This document shows, in pieces, positions 9,694-19,000 of a DNA stretch of 64,000 nt. This DNA comes from an uncultured Methanosarcinales archaeon (lineage in GTDB: Archaea; Nanobdellota; Nanobdellia; Woesearchaeales; WJKR01): positions 178,411-242,410 of the forward strand of contig CAZKVR010000001.1 in the NCBI GenBank assembly GCA_964556395.1, read 5' to 3'. The notes under the pieces are model-generated. The model saw nothing but the letters and a program-made list of their open reading frames with translations. It was not told the origin of the DNA and did not search any database. Numbering within the stretch: the first letter of the stretch is position 1; each line of letters opens with the position of its first letter. The translations under genes were made by a program, and so were the position numbers.

Positions 9694-10608
9694 TCACCAC
9701 GATATTTGGCACTCCTCAGCATGAGGGTCCCATACGAGGGCTTGTTCGTTCGAGGGCACTTGTTCATATATCGAGTCGTCAGCCCCTTCTTGGAAACAGT
9801 CGTCGTCGAGGATTTGACGATTCTTCCGTACTTTGCAGTTCCCCCAACCGTCCACAGTGGGTATGAGGCATATCGAGTCTCCGCTCTTGTAGATGACGTA
9901 CCGCCCTGGTTTTCTCTGATTGTTAGCAGGGTCAACGCCTTTTTCCGTCTCCCATTCCTCCTCTTCATCTGCGAAACGCAGCTCTTCGTACGTTATCTCG
10001 AGATCTCCGTCTCCGAGGCTGTGGCAGTCTCCATCCTCGAGGGAGAACCCATCGTCCTCGCGGGCTTTCTCATCGAGGTAGTTGTAGTAGAAGCGTGACG
10101 ACTCATCGCTATAGACGACGCCTACGCTCAAGTCTCCCTCTGCATCGACCTTCTTGGGATCTGTTATGGGGTTGTGGTCGCCCTCATCTTCTCTGTCGAA
10201 CAGGAGCTGGAGCGACAGGCCATCATCGACCGGTTGGACCAGTATCTTGTGTTTTTTCAGGGACTTGTAGGGCAGCCCTCGAGGGAGGTAGTAGAGGCAT
10301 TGGTCGGCGTCGTCTCCCGCGAGGGCGACGAACGCTTGGTGGACTTCGTTGAAGACCTCTACGGCATTGTCTTGTTCTGGCCTAGCGTCGTATTTTGGAT
10401 CCTGATAGCCATCGTTCCCCAAGTACTCGTTCGGGTCGGGGAACACTGCCTTGATGCGGTTGTAGAGGGCTGCGGGTCCTATGAAGAGTATGGAGGTCAG
10501 GAGGGCTAGGAAGGCGAGCGCTATGATGAACTTGATGAACGTGCTGACGACGAGTCCTCGTTTGTCCGACCGGTGAGCCATGGGTTGTCCTTTCCTTGTC
10601 TTTTTCAT
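9694..10608 (-). CDS. Pilin-like protein (class III signal peptide)
   Basis: SDKRG|LVVSTFIKFIIALAFLALL; acidic Cys-containing head. Confidence 0.75.
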   Translation of the reverse strand: MKKTRKGQPMAHRSDKRGLVVSTFIKFIIALAFLALLTSILFIGPAALYNRIKAVFPDPNEYLGNDGYQDPKYDARPEQDNAVEVFNEVHQAFVALAGDDADQCLYYLPRGLPYKSLKKHKILVQPVDDGLSLQLLFDREDEGDHNPITDPKKVDAEGDLSVGVVYSDESSRFYYNYLDEKAREDDGFSLEDGDCHSLGDGDLEITYEELRFADEEEEWETEKGVDPANNQRKPGRYVIYKSGDSICLIPTVDGWGNCKVRKNRQILDDDCFQEGADDSIYEQVPSNEQALVWDPHAEECQISW

Positions 10609-10745
10609 AAGCGTTTGAAAAAGTCTATGATAGTGGATGAGTTGTCCGTGAATATCGCCAGTACGGCCACGATGACCAGTATCGCCAGTATCATACCGAT
10701 TATCATGTATGCTTCCATGCCTTTCTTGCGCATCTGTCTAGTCAT
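10605..10745 (-). CDS. 46-aa minimal pilin-like peptide (absent from ORF track)
   Basis: Hand translation MTRQMRKKG|MEAYMIIGMILAILVIVAVLAIFTDNSSTIIDFFKRL*. Fills the intergenic gap; ATGA overlap with the downstream gene. Confidence 0.8.
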   Translation of the reverse strand: MTRQMRKKGMEAYMIIGMILAILVIVAVLAIFTDNSSTIIDFFKRL

Positions 10746-10750
10746 GGTTT

Positions 10751-12118
10751 TCAATCCTCATGTAGGTTGCAGGGCGCGTTGTTCATGAAGTCTTCTGTGT
10801 AGGCGAATCCTATCGAGGGCGCATTGAGGTGATGCTCTCTCTTGAAGTGCGTGTTGTACCATTCAGGCGATGTGAAGGTGATGATGTGACTCCCTCCTCC
10901 ACGTATGAGGAAGGGGTCCTCGTCTTCGCCCGTGAACGTTATCGAGCCTTTCGGCCGGATATCATCGCTTGTCAATACGCCTTCGATGAGCGTGGACCCT
11001 GTGCGTCCGCCGGTGATGTAGGCGGTGTACGTCCTTTGGAACTGCATCAACTCCTCTGAGTCCTCTTCTGAGTTGTCGAGTGTTTTCTCGAGCTCCTCTG
11101 CGAAGTTGAGGAGCGCTTCTCGCGGTTCGCCGCTCGCCGCGTCCGGCTTGAAGTGCTCTTCCAAGAGCGCTTCCACCACGTAAGGGGGGAGGACTGCTGA
11201 GGAGCCGACGTCGTTGGCGTATTGCAGCTTCCCGTCGTTGAAGGAGAACAGGAAGACGTACCCGTTATCGAGCGTCTCAGAGCCTACGCTCCACTCGTTG
11301 AGGATGTTCCTGGCTACTGGTTGCTCCTCGTCCCAGACGTCTGCGGGGAGGCTTGGGATGAGGATGAAGGCTGGTGCGATGCCGTGCGCCGTGTCGATCG
11401 TTTCTAGCTGTGTGCGGAGCGTGTTGAGGGCTCGCTGGTCTTCTGAGAACAGCCCTGTGAAGTCCGCCACGTGCCGTTCGAGGCGTCGCTTGCTGTTGAG
11501 GAGCCTTTGAGGGTTCATCCGGCGTGATTCACGGCTGCTCTCGGCCAGGGTTTGGGGTTCGAACTCGTAGAAGCGGTTGTCGGCGTTCGACGCTCCGCCC
11601 GCCCGCAGGAGTCCTGGCGCGTAGTTGTGCGTGTCAAGGTAGTTTTTGAACTCCTCCGTCGTTATGGGTTCGTCCAATGCTTCGACGTCCTTGACCTTGA
11701 CGATGTAGCAGGCGTGGCAGAGGTTTTCGGGAGCCCATTTGTTCGCGAAGACGTCGTTGTATTCTCCGTTGCCGAACATCCACCAGCACGTGGCGGCTAG
11801 ATCCGCCATTTCTTCCATGGTCTGGAGGCGTACGTCGTTGTCGTCCATCCTCTTCGTGAGTTCTTGGGGTATGGTGACCTCTTCGGTCTCGCACGCTAAT
11901 GGTATCTTCCTGGCGACGGTGTCGTCAGCGTAACCCGGAAGATTATCTTTGATGTTCATCCGTCCCATGACCGAGCTGCGGCAGGCTTGCGGTCCTGTTT
12001 CCTGTCCGAGGATCGAGAAGAGCGTGTTGAGGAGGAAGATGATGATGGCGAGCCCTGCGAGCGCGAGTATCATCTTGCCGAGGCGTTCCATAGACCACAT
12101 CCCTGTTTGCCGGCTCAT
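10751..12118 (-). CDS. Pilin-like protein carrying an inserted TPM (DUF477) domain
   Basis: Degenerate signal RQTG|MWSMERLGKMILAL; C.SSV, PLAC, CWWMFG, CHAC motifs. TPM-like stretch VADFTGLFS...NEWSVG...DNGYVFLFS (~11090-11475). Confidence 0.7.
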   Translation of the reverse strand: MSRQTGMWSMERLGKMILALAGLAIIIFLLNTLFSILGQETGPQACRSSVMGRMNIKDNLPGYADDTVARKIPLACETEEVTIPQELTKRMDDNDVRLQTMEEMADLAATCWWMFGNGEYNDVFANKWAPENLCHACYIVKVKDVEALDEPITTEEFKNYLDTHNYAPGLLRAGGASNADNRFYEFEPQTLAESSRESRRMNPQRLLNSKRRLERHVADFTGLFSEDQRALNTLRTQLETIDTAHGIAPAFILIPSLPADVWDEEQPVARNILNEWSVGSETLDNGYVFLFSFNDGKLQYANDVGSSAVLPPYVVEALLEEHFKPDAASGEPREALLNFAEELEKTLDNSEEDSEELMQFQRTYTAYITGGRTGSTLIEGVLTSDDIRPKGSITFTGEDEDPFLIRGGGSHIITFTSPEWYNTHFKREHHLNAPSIGFAYTEDFMNNAPCNLHED

Positions 12119-12255
12119 GGCGAGCCCCCTCCGAAGAGCCCTCCGCTTCTCATGAGCCTCATCACGGTCATTATCACGAGTGCGAGGAACGCTATGCCTG
12201 CTATCATGAGGACGAGGTAGCTGGTGGCCATCCCTCGTGTTGCTCTCGCTCTCAT
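12115..12255 (-). CDS. 46-aa minimal pilin-like peptide (absent from ORF track)
   Basis: Hand translation MRARATRG|MATSYLVLMIAGIAFLALVIMTVMRLMRSGGLFGGGSP*. ATGA overlap with the next gene; TATA box ~25 nt upstream. Confidence 0.75.
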   Translation of the reverse strand: MRARATRGMATSYLVLMIAGIAFLALVIMTVMRLMRSGGLFGGGSP

Positions 12256-12277
12256 GCCCTCTTCAGAGAGAAGATTG

Positions 12278-12286
12278 TTTTTAAAT
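12278..12286 (-). promoter_or_regulatory. TATA box (ATTTAAAAA) for the 12255-3286 pilin operon, probably leaderless
   Basis: AT island 23-31 nt upstream of ATG 12255. Confidence 0.6.
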
Positions 12287-12343
12287 GTTGCTGTCGGGTG
12301 TTTTATAGAGGCTTAATGGGAGCCACGTGAAGGCCTGTGCGGC

Positions 12344-12387
12344 CTATAAACAATCTTTCCGGTTCATAAGCAGAATCCTTGCAAGAG
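12344..12387 (+). repeat. 44-bp dispersed intergenic repeat, copy 1
   Basis: CTATAAACAATCTTTCCGGTTCATAAGCAGAATCCTTGCAAGAG; 36/44 ungapped identity to the reverse complement of 29880-29923 (hand alignment). Confidence 0.8.
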
Positions 12388-12408
12388 TGGGTCCTCTGCA
12401 CACCTCGT

Positions 12409-12906
12409 CTAGCCGCAACAAACCTTTTCCTCATCAGGGCAGGACGCTTCGAGTTCCTGGTCATCGTTCGAGCACGCATCCATGCAAGCCCCTCCACTCT
12501 CGACGCACTCGTTCTCGGCACCCTCGACTGGTGTGCAGCAGACCAGGCCCTCTTCGCAATCAGCGGTCGACTCCCGCTCTCCCTCCTCGCACCCCTCGTC
12601 CGGTTCTCTGCACTCGCCGTTGACGTCCTCGCACTCCAGACCGGTGCCTTGGATGCCGGTGACGTCCTCCGTGTCCATGCAACAGACGTCCTGGGACTCA
12701 GGACAGTCGTAGGCGGACATGCGGGTCATGCCTGACGAGCAGAGCGGTAGGCAGTGGCCGCCGTTCTTCTCGCAGGACTTGAGGTCTGCAGAGGTGTCTA
12801 CGATGTAATCTTTTATCAGGGCGAAGTACACGACGATGAGTACTGCGAGGATGATGAAGGTGATGACGAGGTTGAGCGCCTTGCTAGCTCCGCGTCGTCC
12901 TCTCAT
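12409..12906 (-). CDS. Pilin-like protein with three 6-Cys modules
   Basis: Start re-called at ATG 12906: MRGRRG|ASKALNLVITFIIL; three C-x6-C-x3/6-C-x10/11-C-x5/6-CC modules. Confidence 0.8.
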   Translation of the reverse strand: MRGRRGASKALNLVITFIILAVLIVVYFALIKDYIVDTSADLKSCEKNGGHCLPLCSSGMTRMSAYDCPESQDVCCMDTEDVTGIQGTGLECEDVNGECREPDEGCEEGERESTADCEEGLVCCTPVEGAENECVESGGACMDACSNDDQELEASCPDEEKVCCG

Positions 12907-12910
12907 CAAG

Positions 12911-13174
12911 TCACCTCTGTGGTACGAGTCCGCAGCACTCGTAGCCTGATTGCTTGCAGAGCCTTTCGTCACCGTCCGGCTCTATCACCTTGTCGGAGTC
13001 GCACGTGCCTTGCTCGACGCACTGGCCGCTCTTCTTCGCGCACGCCGTGCTCTCTTTGAAGTTGCCGGTGCTGTCGCTCACCAGGTATATCAGCAATGCG
13101 AGGACGAGGAGCCCTAGGGCTGCGATGATGATGGTGTTGAACGAGAGCGAGACTCCGTGACGCTTCATAGCCAT
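12911..13174 (-). CDS. Small pilin-like protein with one 6-Cys module
   Basis: MAMKRHG|VSLSFNTIIIAALGLLVLALL; TGATG overlap with the upstream gene. Confidence 0.8.
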   Translation of the reverse strand: MAMKRHGVSLSFNTIIIAALGLLVLALLIYLVSDSTGNFKESTACAKKSGQCVEQGTCDSDKVIEPDGDERLCKQSGYECCGLVPQR

Positions 13175-13458
13175 CACTGGTCGCTGTGCAGCGGGATGCA
13201 GCAGTATTGTCCTTCTTCGTCGCAGCCGTGCGAGGGGTCTCTGATGTAGTCTCCACCCCGGTCCTGACCGAGGTCTCTGCAGCTGGCGTAGCTGCTCGTT
13301 CCGCCTACGCACACGCCGTTCACGCCTTGGCAGCCCGTGCTCTCGTTCACGTTGCCGCCCGCCCGGAGGACGAGGACGCTGATGATGACGAGCACGAGCA
13401 GTGAGATGGCCGCGATGATGATGACGTTCATCGAGAGGCCTTGGGCTTTAGTAGTCAT
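13174..13458 (-). CDS. Small pilin-like protein (candidate major pilin) with one 6-Cys module
   Basis: MTTKA|QGLSMNVIIIAAISLLVLVII; GAGGTGG Shine-Dalgarno before ATG 13458; own TATA box at 13506-13513. Confidence 0.8.
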   Translation of the reverse strand: MTTKAQGLSMNVIIIAAISLLVLVIISVLVLRAGGNVNESTGCQGVNGVCVGGTSSYASCRDLGQDRGGDYIRDPSHGCDEEGQYCCIPLHSDQ

Positions 13459-13505
13459 GATGTTTTCCACCTCGATAATGGTTAGTAGTTTTTCGACGAA
13501 CGGCT

Positions 13506-13513
13506 ATTTAAAT
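13506..13513 (-). promoter_or_regulatory. TATA box (ATTTAAAT) upstream of the small Cys-rich pilins
   Basis: AT island in the short intergenic region, ~50 nt upstream of the SD-led ATG 13458. Confidence 0.55.
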
Positions 13514-13523
13514 CTTGCGGTGC

Positions 13524-14027
13524 TCATCGGCAGAGGTGGAGCTCGAGGACAGCCCTTCCAGGCGCCACTCGGAACAGGCTGACTGGTTGTACGCCCGCGC
13601 CTGCGGTCTCGCCGTCGCAGGTTTCTCCGAGTTCGACGAGCGTTTCCGAATCTTCGTCTTCTCCCGGACGGTAGGTGTAGGTGAAGTGATAGTCCTCGCC
13701 CCATGGTTCCAACGTCCTGCTGAATATCTCTTCCGTGATGTTGCCGAAGGCTTGGCACGAGCTTTTGCCGTCGAGCCTGTACTTGCCGTCGCCGCGGTGG
13801 GAGCGTACGCAGTCCACCGCTACTTCACGCACCTTCAGGTCGTATCCTTGCACGTCTGCTTCGAGGAGTGTTATGAGGAGGTTTCCGGCCATCTTCTCGT
13901 CGGTGTAGACCTCGACGTTCTTCTTCGTCTCGGGCTTTGGCTGGAGGGCTATGCTGAAGAACAGTCCTAGCGTGACGAGTATCACGACGACGACGAGCCC
14001 CATCATCTCGACTTGCGCTTTCTTCAC
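13524..14027 (-). CDS. Pilin-like protein (class III signal peptide)
   Basis: Start re-called at GTG 14027 (GTGA overlap): VKKA|QVEMMGLVVVVILVTLGLFF. Confidence 0.8.
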   Translation of the reverse strand: MKKAQVEMMGLVVVVILVTLGLFFSIALQPKPETKKNVEVYTDEKMAGNLLITLLEADVQGYDLKVREVAVDCVRSHRGDGKYRLDGKSSCQAFGNITEEIFSRTLEPWGEDYHFTYTYRPGEDEDSETLVELGETCDGETAGAGVQPVSLFRVAPGRAVLELHLCR

Positions 14028-14533
14028 GAGCCCACCCCTTTGTGGTATCGTTCTATGTGCAGTATGCCGAAGGCCATGGTGTCTGCCGAGGCGTTGTGGA
14101 TGCTGACCGGTATGAGGAATGGTTGTGAGACTTGTGTCTGGTCCGTGGCGTTGTGTTCGTACAGGGTGAGGTTTTGCCCTGGCGGGTAGATCTGGTTGAG
14201 GACTACCTTGCTGTCGAAGAAGAGTTGCGAGTAGTATCCTTTGGCGGTCTCGTTGTCCTCGAGGAGGTTTGCGAACGCCATGGCTTTGTGCTTGTCGATG
14301 CACGTCGTCTTGAGGCCTTCCTTGTCGCATTTGAGCTCGAACAGGTTCGTCACGGTCTGTGCTGTCTCGACGGAGTCTCCTTCTTGGAACCCTGAGACTT
14401 GCACCTTGTATTTCTCTTCGGCCATCCTGGCGCTGAACACGAGCGCTATGACGAGTATGATGAGTATGAGTATTATGACGATTATCGATTCTCCGATCTG
14501 GAGTTGTCCTCTCTTCAGTATATCAGCGGGCAT
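14024..14533 (-). CDS. Pilin-like protein (class III signal peptide)
   Basis: LKRG|QLQIGESIIVIILILIIL. Confidence 0.8.
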   Translation of the reverse strand: MPADILKRGQLQIGESIIVIILILIILVIALVFSARMAEEKYKVQVSGFQEGDSVETAQTVTNLFELKCDKEGLKTTCIDKHKAMAFANLLEDNETAKGYYSQLFFDSKVVLNQIYPPGQNLTLYEHNATDQTQVSQPFLIPVSIHNASADTMAFGILHIERYHKGVGS

Positions 14534-15507
14534 CGTGGTCCTCTCTTGATGAGCTCGTTGGTGGACTCGACACTCCTCATAGCGTCAGCCATGTCTTTGA
14601 GGGGGTCGCCGCCTGCCAGCTTTTTCAGCGGATCGTTCGCGGAGCCGAGGTATGTCCAGCAGTTGGTGTCTTCCAACTCCTCTTCAAGCCTGTCGAGGCG
14701 TCCTTTGATGATGGTGGCGAGCATGCGCTGCCTCGTCCGGGCCTTCGCGACGGTGCAGTCGTACGTATCCGCGTCTTCGGTGAAGATGGCGCCCCAGAGC
14801 ATCGGTTCCGTGACGTAATCTCCATCCTCCTCCGTACCGTCGTGCTTGAACGTGACCTCGCCCGTCGGGTACTGGCCGTTGCCTGAAGTGATGACCCTGA
14901 CGTGCGCCTTGTCCTCGATACCGGTAGGCACGTCCAGGTCGTCGTCGGTGGTGATGATGACGTACCGGTCATAGCCGGCTTCCGACACGCCTTCGAGCTG
15001 CGCCTCGGTGAGGAGGTGCTTGTCGAACTCGTCAGGCATCTCTTCGTAGAGCTTCTCCTCGATCGAGGTATCTGTATCGTTGACGAAGAGGAAGGTCACG
15101 CGGTCGCTGGCGAGGTGCGTGATGACCATGACCGGGAACGGTGCGTGCCATGTCTGGGTCCACATCGTCACCTCCTTGCCTTCAACGGTTGCGGGTACGA
15201 AGAGTGCTTGGTGCTTCGTGTCGACCGGCCCCGCCCCTTGTATGTAGTATTGGGAGAGCCCTGGCTCGCAGTCGAACCTGATGTCGGCGTCGCTCAGCCT
15301 GAAGGTCTCTACCGTGTCAGGGTTGCTCGAGATGGCCGTGAACACGTTGTCGACGGTCTTGACGAGCTCCGTCGCCTCTTCCGCGTCGGCGCGCTTCTCC
15401 TGGTTGTTGATGACGGTGAGGAAGAACGCCAGGATGACGGCTCCTATGATGAGGATGAATATCCAGTTGAACTGGAGGCTTATCTGTCCTCGAGAGTCAC
15501 ATACCAT
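14515..15507 (-). CDS. Pilin-like protein (class III signal peptide)
   Basis: SRG|QISLQFNWIFILIIGAVILAFF. Confidence 0.8.
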   Translation of the reverse strand: MVCDSRGQISLQFNWIFILIIGAVILAFFLTVINNQEKRADAEEATELVKTVDNVFTAISSNPDTVETFRLSDADIRFDCEPGLSQYYIQGAGPVDTKHQALFVPATVEGKEVTMWTQTWHAPFPVMVITHLASDRVTFLFVNDTDTSIEEKLYEEMPDEFDKHLLTEAQLEGVSEAGYDRYVIITTDDDLDVPTGIEDKAHVRVITSGNGQYPTGEVTFKHDGTEEDGDYVTEPMLWGAIFTEDADTYDCTVAKARTRQRMLATIIKGRLDRLEEELEDTNCWTYLGSANDPLKKLAGGDPLKDMADAMRSVESTNELIKRGPRCPLIY

Positions 15508-15514
15508 GAGGCGT

Positions 15515-16039
15515 TCACCCGTCGTAGAGGTAGATACCGTTCTTGCCGTACCCTTCCATCCAGAAGGAGAACTGCTTGTTCGTGCTGTTGATGCAGAGGA
15601 GCTCTTCCCCTGACCCGTCTTCGGGGTTGATAGTCCTTATCCGCTCGTCGAACAGGACGGGTGTGGTGACGCCGTCGTTGCTCTCGTCGATGAGGTACAC
15701 GTTGTACTCGATGCCATCCCGGGTGTTAGCCCATATCATCGGGTAGTCCGTCTCGATGTCGGAGCCGAGGTCGCTCTCCCCGGTCACGTTCGGCGCGTTG
15801 ACGAAGCAGAGCTTGTGGAAGTCGCAGGGCGCGTGGAGCACGCTGTTCGTACGGCTCAGGTACCTGACGGAATCGTCGAGGTCGTCCTGCAGCCTCGTCA
15901 TGAACTGCTGGTCCGCGACCTCGCATTGCTGGTTGAGCAGCTTGTCGATCATCTGGTATCCGAAGAGTATGAGGAATCCTATGACTAGTATGGCCATGAT
16001 GTAGATGAAAACCTGCTTCACTTGCCCTTTCCGTCCCAT
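15515..16039 (-). CDS. Pilin-like protein (class III signal peptide)
   Basis: MGRKG|QVKQVFIYIMAILVIGFLILFGY. Confidence 0.85.
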   Translation of the reverse strand: MGRKGQVKQVFIYIMAILVIGFLILFGYQMIDKLLNQQCEVADQQFMTRLQDDLDDSVRYLSRTNSVLHAPCDFHKLCFVNAPNVTGESDLGSDIETDYPMIWANTRDGIEYNVYLIDESNDGVTTPVLFDERIRTINPEDGSGEELLCINSTNKQFSFWMEGYGKNGIYLYDG

Positions 16040-19000
16040 TACTTGCCCTCCTTGAGCGCTTCGAGGTCGTCGAGTATCTTCGTCTTCTGGTTCTCCGTGA
16101 GCTTGTCCGCTTCGGCGAGCTTGTGGACTGCCTGGTGGGCGACGTGGTGTTCCAGCTTGCCCTTGCTGATGAGCTCCTTGAAGACGGGCGTGATCGTCGT
16201 GGGCTTGACGTCGCGCTTCTGGGCGTTCTCGAACAGCCTGGCGATCGCGTCCGACGTCGCGCCTTTCCTCAACGTGGTCTGTATCCGGTTGTGAGACGAG
16301 CCCGAGAGTTCCGAGAGCTCCTTGAATATCTCCTTGTTCGTCCTCGTCGTCGCGAGCGACGCTTGGGGTTTCTGCTTTGAGAGGGTGGAGAGCTCGTCGA
16401 ACACGTCTTTACCCGCAGGCTTCTTCGGGGCCTGCTTCTTGGTAGCGGGTTGTTCGGCTGCCGGTTCGGGCTTGGAGGCCTTCCCCGGACCCGCCGCTTC
16501 GGCAGGAGCTTTTCCAGACTCTTCACCGGAGGCTTCCTTCCCGTCAGAAGACCCCTTCTCGGAGAGCTCGTCGTTCTTGAAGCTGGACAGCAATGAGCGG
16601 CGCTGCTTCTCCTTCTCCCTCTGCGCTCTCCGACGGGCCTCTTCCTGCATGCGGCGCTTGCGTCGTTCCTCCTCGAGCCTCGCCGCCTTCGCCGCAGGGT
16701 CTTCCTGCGGTTGTTGTGGTTGCTGGGGTGAGGGTTGCTGTGATTGTGCAGGCGTGGGCGGCGGGTTGATGAACGTGGTGTACGCGAGGTAGCCTCCGCC
16801 TCCGAGCATGAAGACGAGCCCTGCGATGAGGAACACGAGGCCGAGGGTGTGGTCTTCTTCGGGCGGGGTGGACGGCGGGCGGGTGTAGTTGTCGTCCTGG
16901 CCTTCCGAACCATCTTCGGGTTCGGGGCTGACGTCGATGCACTCGTAGTCTTCGCACTCCTCGTCCGGGCCGCAATCGTCGTCGCTCAGGCACTCCGGCT
17001 CGGTGCCTTGGCACGTGCTGGTGTCGAAGTGGCAGTTGCGGCAGGTCGGCATGCCGCCGGTGAACGTGTCTGCGATGTCCTCGCACGTCTCGACGTCGCC
17101 CCAGTTGAGGCCGTCGCAGCTCTCACCTTGGTCTATCTCGCCGTCGCCGCAGTAGCCGCTGTAGCAGCCGCTCGTGTCGACCTCGCAGTCTGTGCAGGAG
17201 AGCTCCCCGCTGGTGAGTCCGAAGTCCTCGCACGTCAAGCCGGCGAGGTTGTCGCCGTCGCAGGTCTCGCCCGACCCGATGATGCCGTCGCCGCAGTAAC
17301 CGTCTTCCAACCCTTCACATGTGGAGGTGTCTGCCTTGCAGTTGTCGCAGGAGAGCTCCCCGTTGGTGAGTCCGAAGTCCTCGCACGTCAAGCCGGCGAG
17401 GTTGTCGCCGTCGCAGTCCTCTCCAGGGTCTATGGTGCCGTCGCCGCAATAGCCGGTCTGGTCTTGTTGGCAGTCGCCGGTGTCGATGCGGCAGTGCTCG
17501 CACGAGGTGGTGCCTCCCGTGAAGCCGAGCTCTTCGCATGTGAGGCCGCTCTGGCCGTCGCACTCCTCTCCGGGTTCGACGTAGCCGTTGCCGCAGCTCG
17601 AGCTGCAGCTCTGCGGGCAGACGCCGCCGCAGTCGACGCCTTCCTCGTCAGGGTCTTGCTTGCCGTTGTTGCACGTGTCGCACGAGGCCGGGCAGGGGCC
17701 TCCGCAGTCGACGCCTTCCTCTTCAGGGTCTCGGAGGCCGTTGCTGCAGTGCGCTATGATGGTGAAGCTCTCGCTGGCGGTGTCGTCGTTGCCGGCCTGG
17801 TCGTACACCTTGGCGCAGGCGGTGCCGCTGGTTTCCAGCGTGATGGGTCGTTGCGTGTACGGGTATGACTGGTAGCTGTCGTTGCAGTCTTGGAGCGCGT
17901 GTTGGAAGTCGTAGTATTCGGTGCAGCCCGTGCCGTCGTCCTGGCATTCGACGTATGCGTCGACTCCTCCGTAGACGTCTTCTACGTTGAGGATTGCTGT
18001 CGGGTCTTCGAAGTCGCAGTCAGGGTGTGATTCGTCCTCTGCCTGGACGCTCTTCGAGAGTATAGAGCTTTTCCGTCCGAACTCGTCGATGGCTTGTGCT
18101 TGCCAGGTGTAGGTCTCGCCGGCGGTGAGGGTGAATGTTTCGGTGGCTGTGGCCGTGCCTGTTGCTGGTAGTAGTGTCCAGTCGGTGAGCGCTTCTCCTC
18201 GCGCGTCGGTGATGGTGTAGTTGTACGCGTCCAGTCCTATGATGGTGGCGTTGCTGACGAGCTTGGCTTCGAGTTCTGTCAGGCTGCAGGTCTGGTCTTG
18301 CGCTATGATGTCGAGCATTTTTGGCCCTGTGGAGTCGACGGCTAGTTTCTTGGTCGTGCTCGCCGCGTAGGGTCCTGAGACCGCTTCGCAGGCTATGGAG
18401 AGCGTGTAGGTCCCGTCGTCTCTGAAGCCGTGTGATTGTACGTGGCTGGTGCCGCCCGTGGTGTGGAACTTCTTCGGGGGGTGGTCTGGGTTGAACGTGT
18501 AGGTGCACTCAGCTTCGAGGTCGGTGGTGGCGTTGAGCGTGACTGATCGGGTGTCGTGCTTTGCGGGGGTGTGGATGGTGATGCCTACCTCGTTGGTCGG
18601 GGCTACTGTGAGGTCGACGTCCCTCGTGGCTTGGGTTCCTGCGAGGTTGACGCACGTCACCTTGTAGGGGGCTGTGTAGCTCGTCTCTCCTTCCGCTGGT
18701 GGTGTGAAGTAGCCGAGGTGTTTCTCGTGGTCGGGCTTGTATTGTGTCCGGTCTTCAATGTCGGGGTTTGGGCTGAAGCTCTCCGACTCGCCGGTGTCGT
18801 CTCGTTCGTACCGGCACCACACGTCGTCGTCGCTCTCGGCGTACAGGGTTGATTGTAGGTTTCCGGGTTCCCTGACAGGGTTGGGTCGTGCGCGGGCGTT
18901 GAGGCTCGGTGCGGTCTTGTCGTAGCCGAGCCGGTCGACGGTGTAGTGGTAGCGGTCGTTCTCGGTGCAGATGACCGCCATTGCTTGCGTGCACTCGTCT

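Noticed and set aside
12344-12387. Dispersed repeat as a CRISPR repeat or tRNA fragment
   Set aside because: Copies are ~17 kb apart with no spacer array or cas genes, and no cloverleaf or T-loop is evident.
17194-17416. 70-bp repeat pair as a DGR template/variable repeat (the one difference is AAC versus AGC)
   Set aside because: A single mismatch, both copies in frame in the same protein stalk, and no reverse transcriptase nearby; simple duplication explains it.
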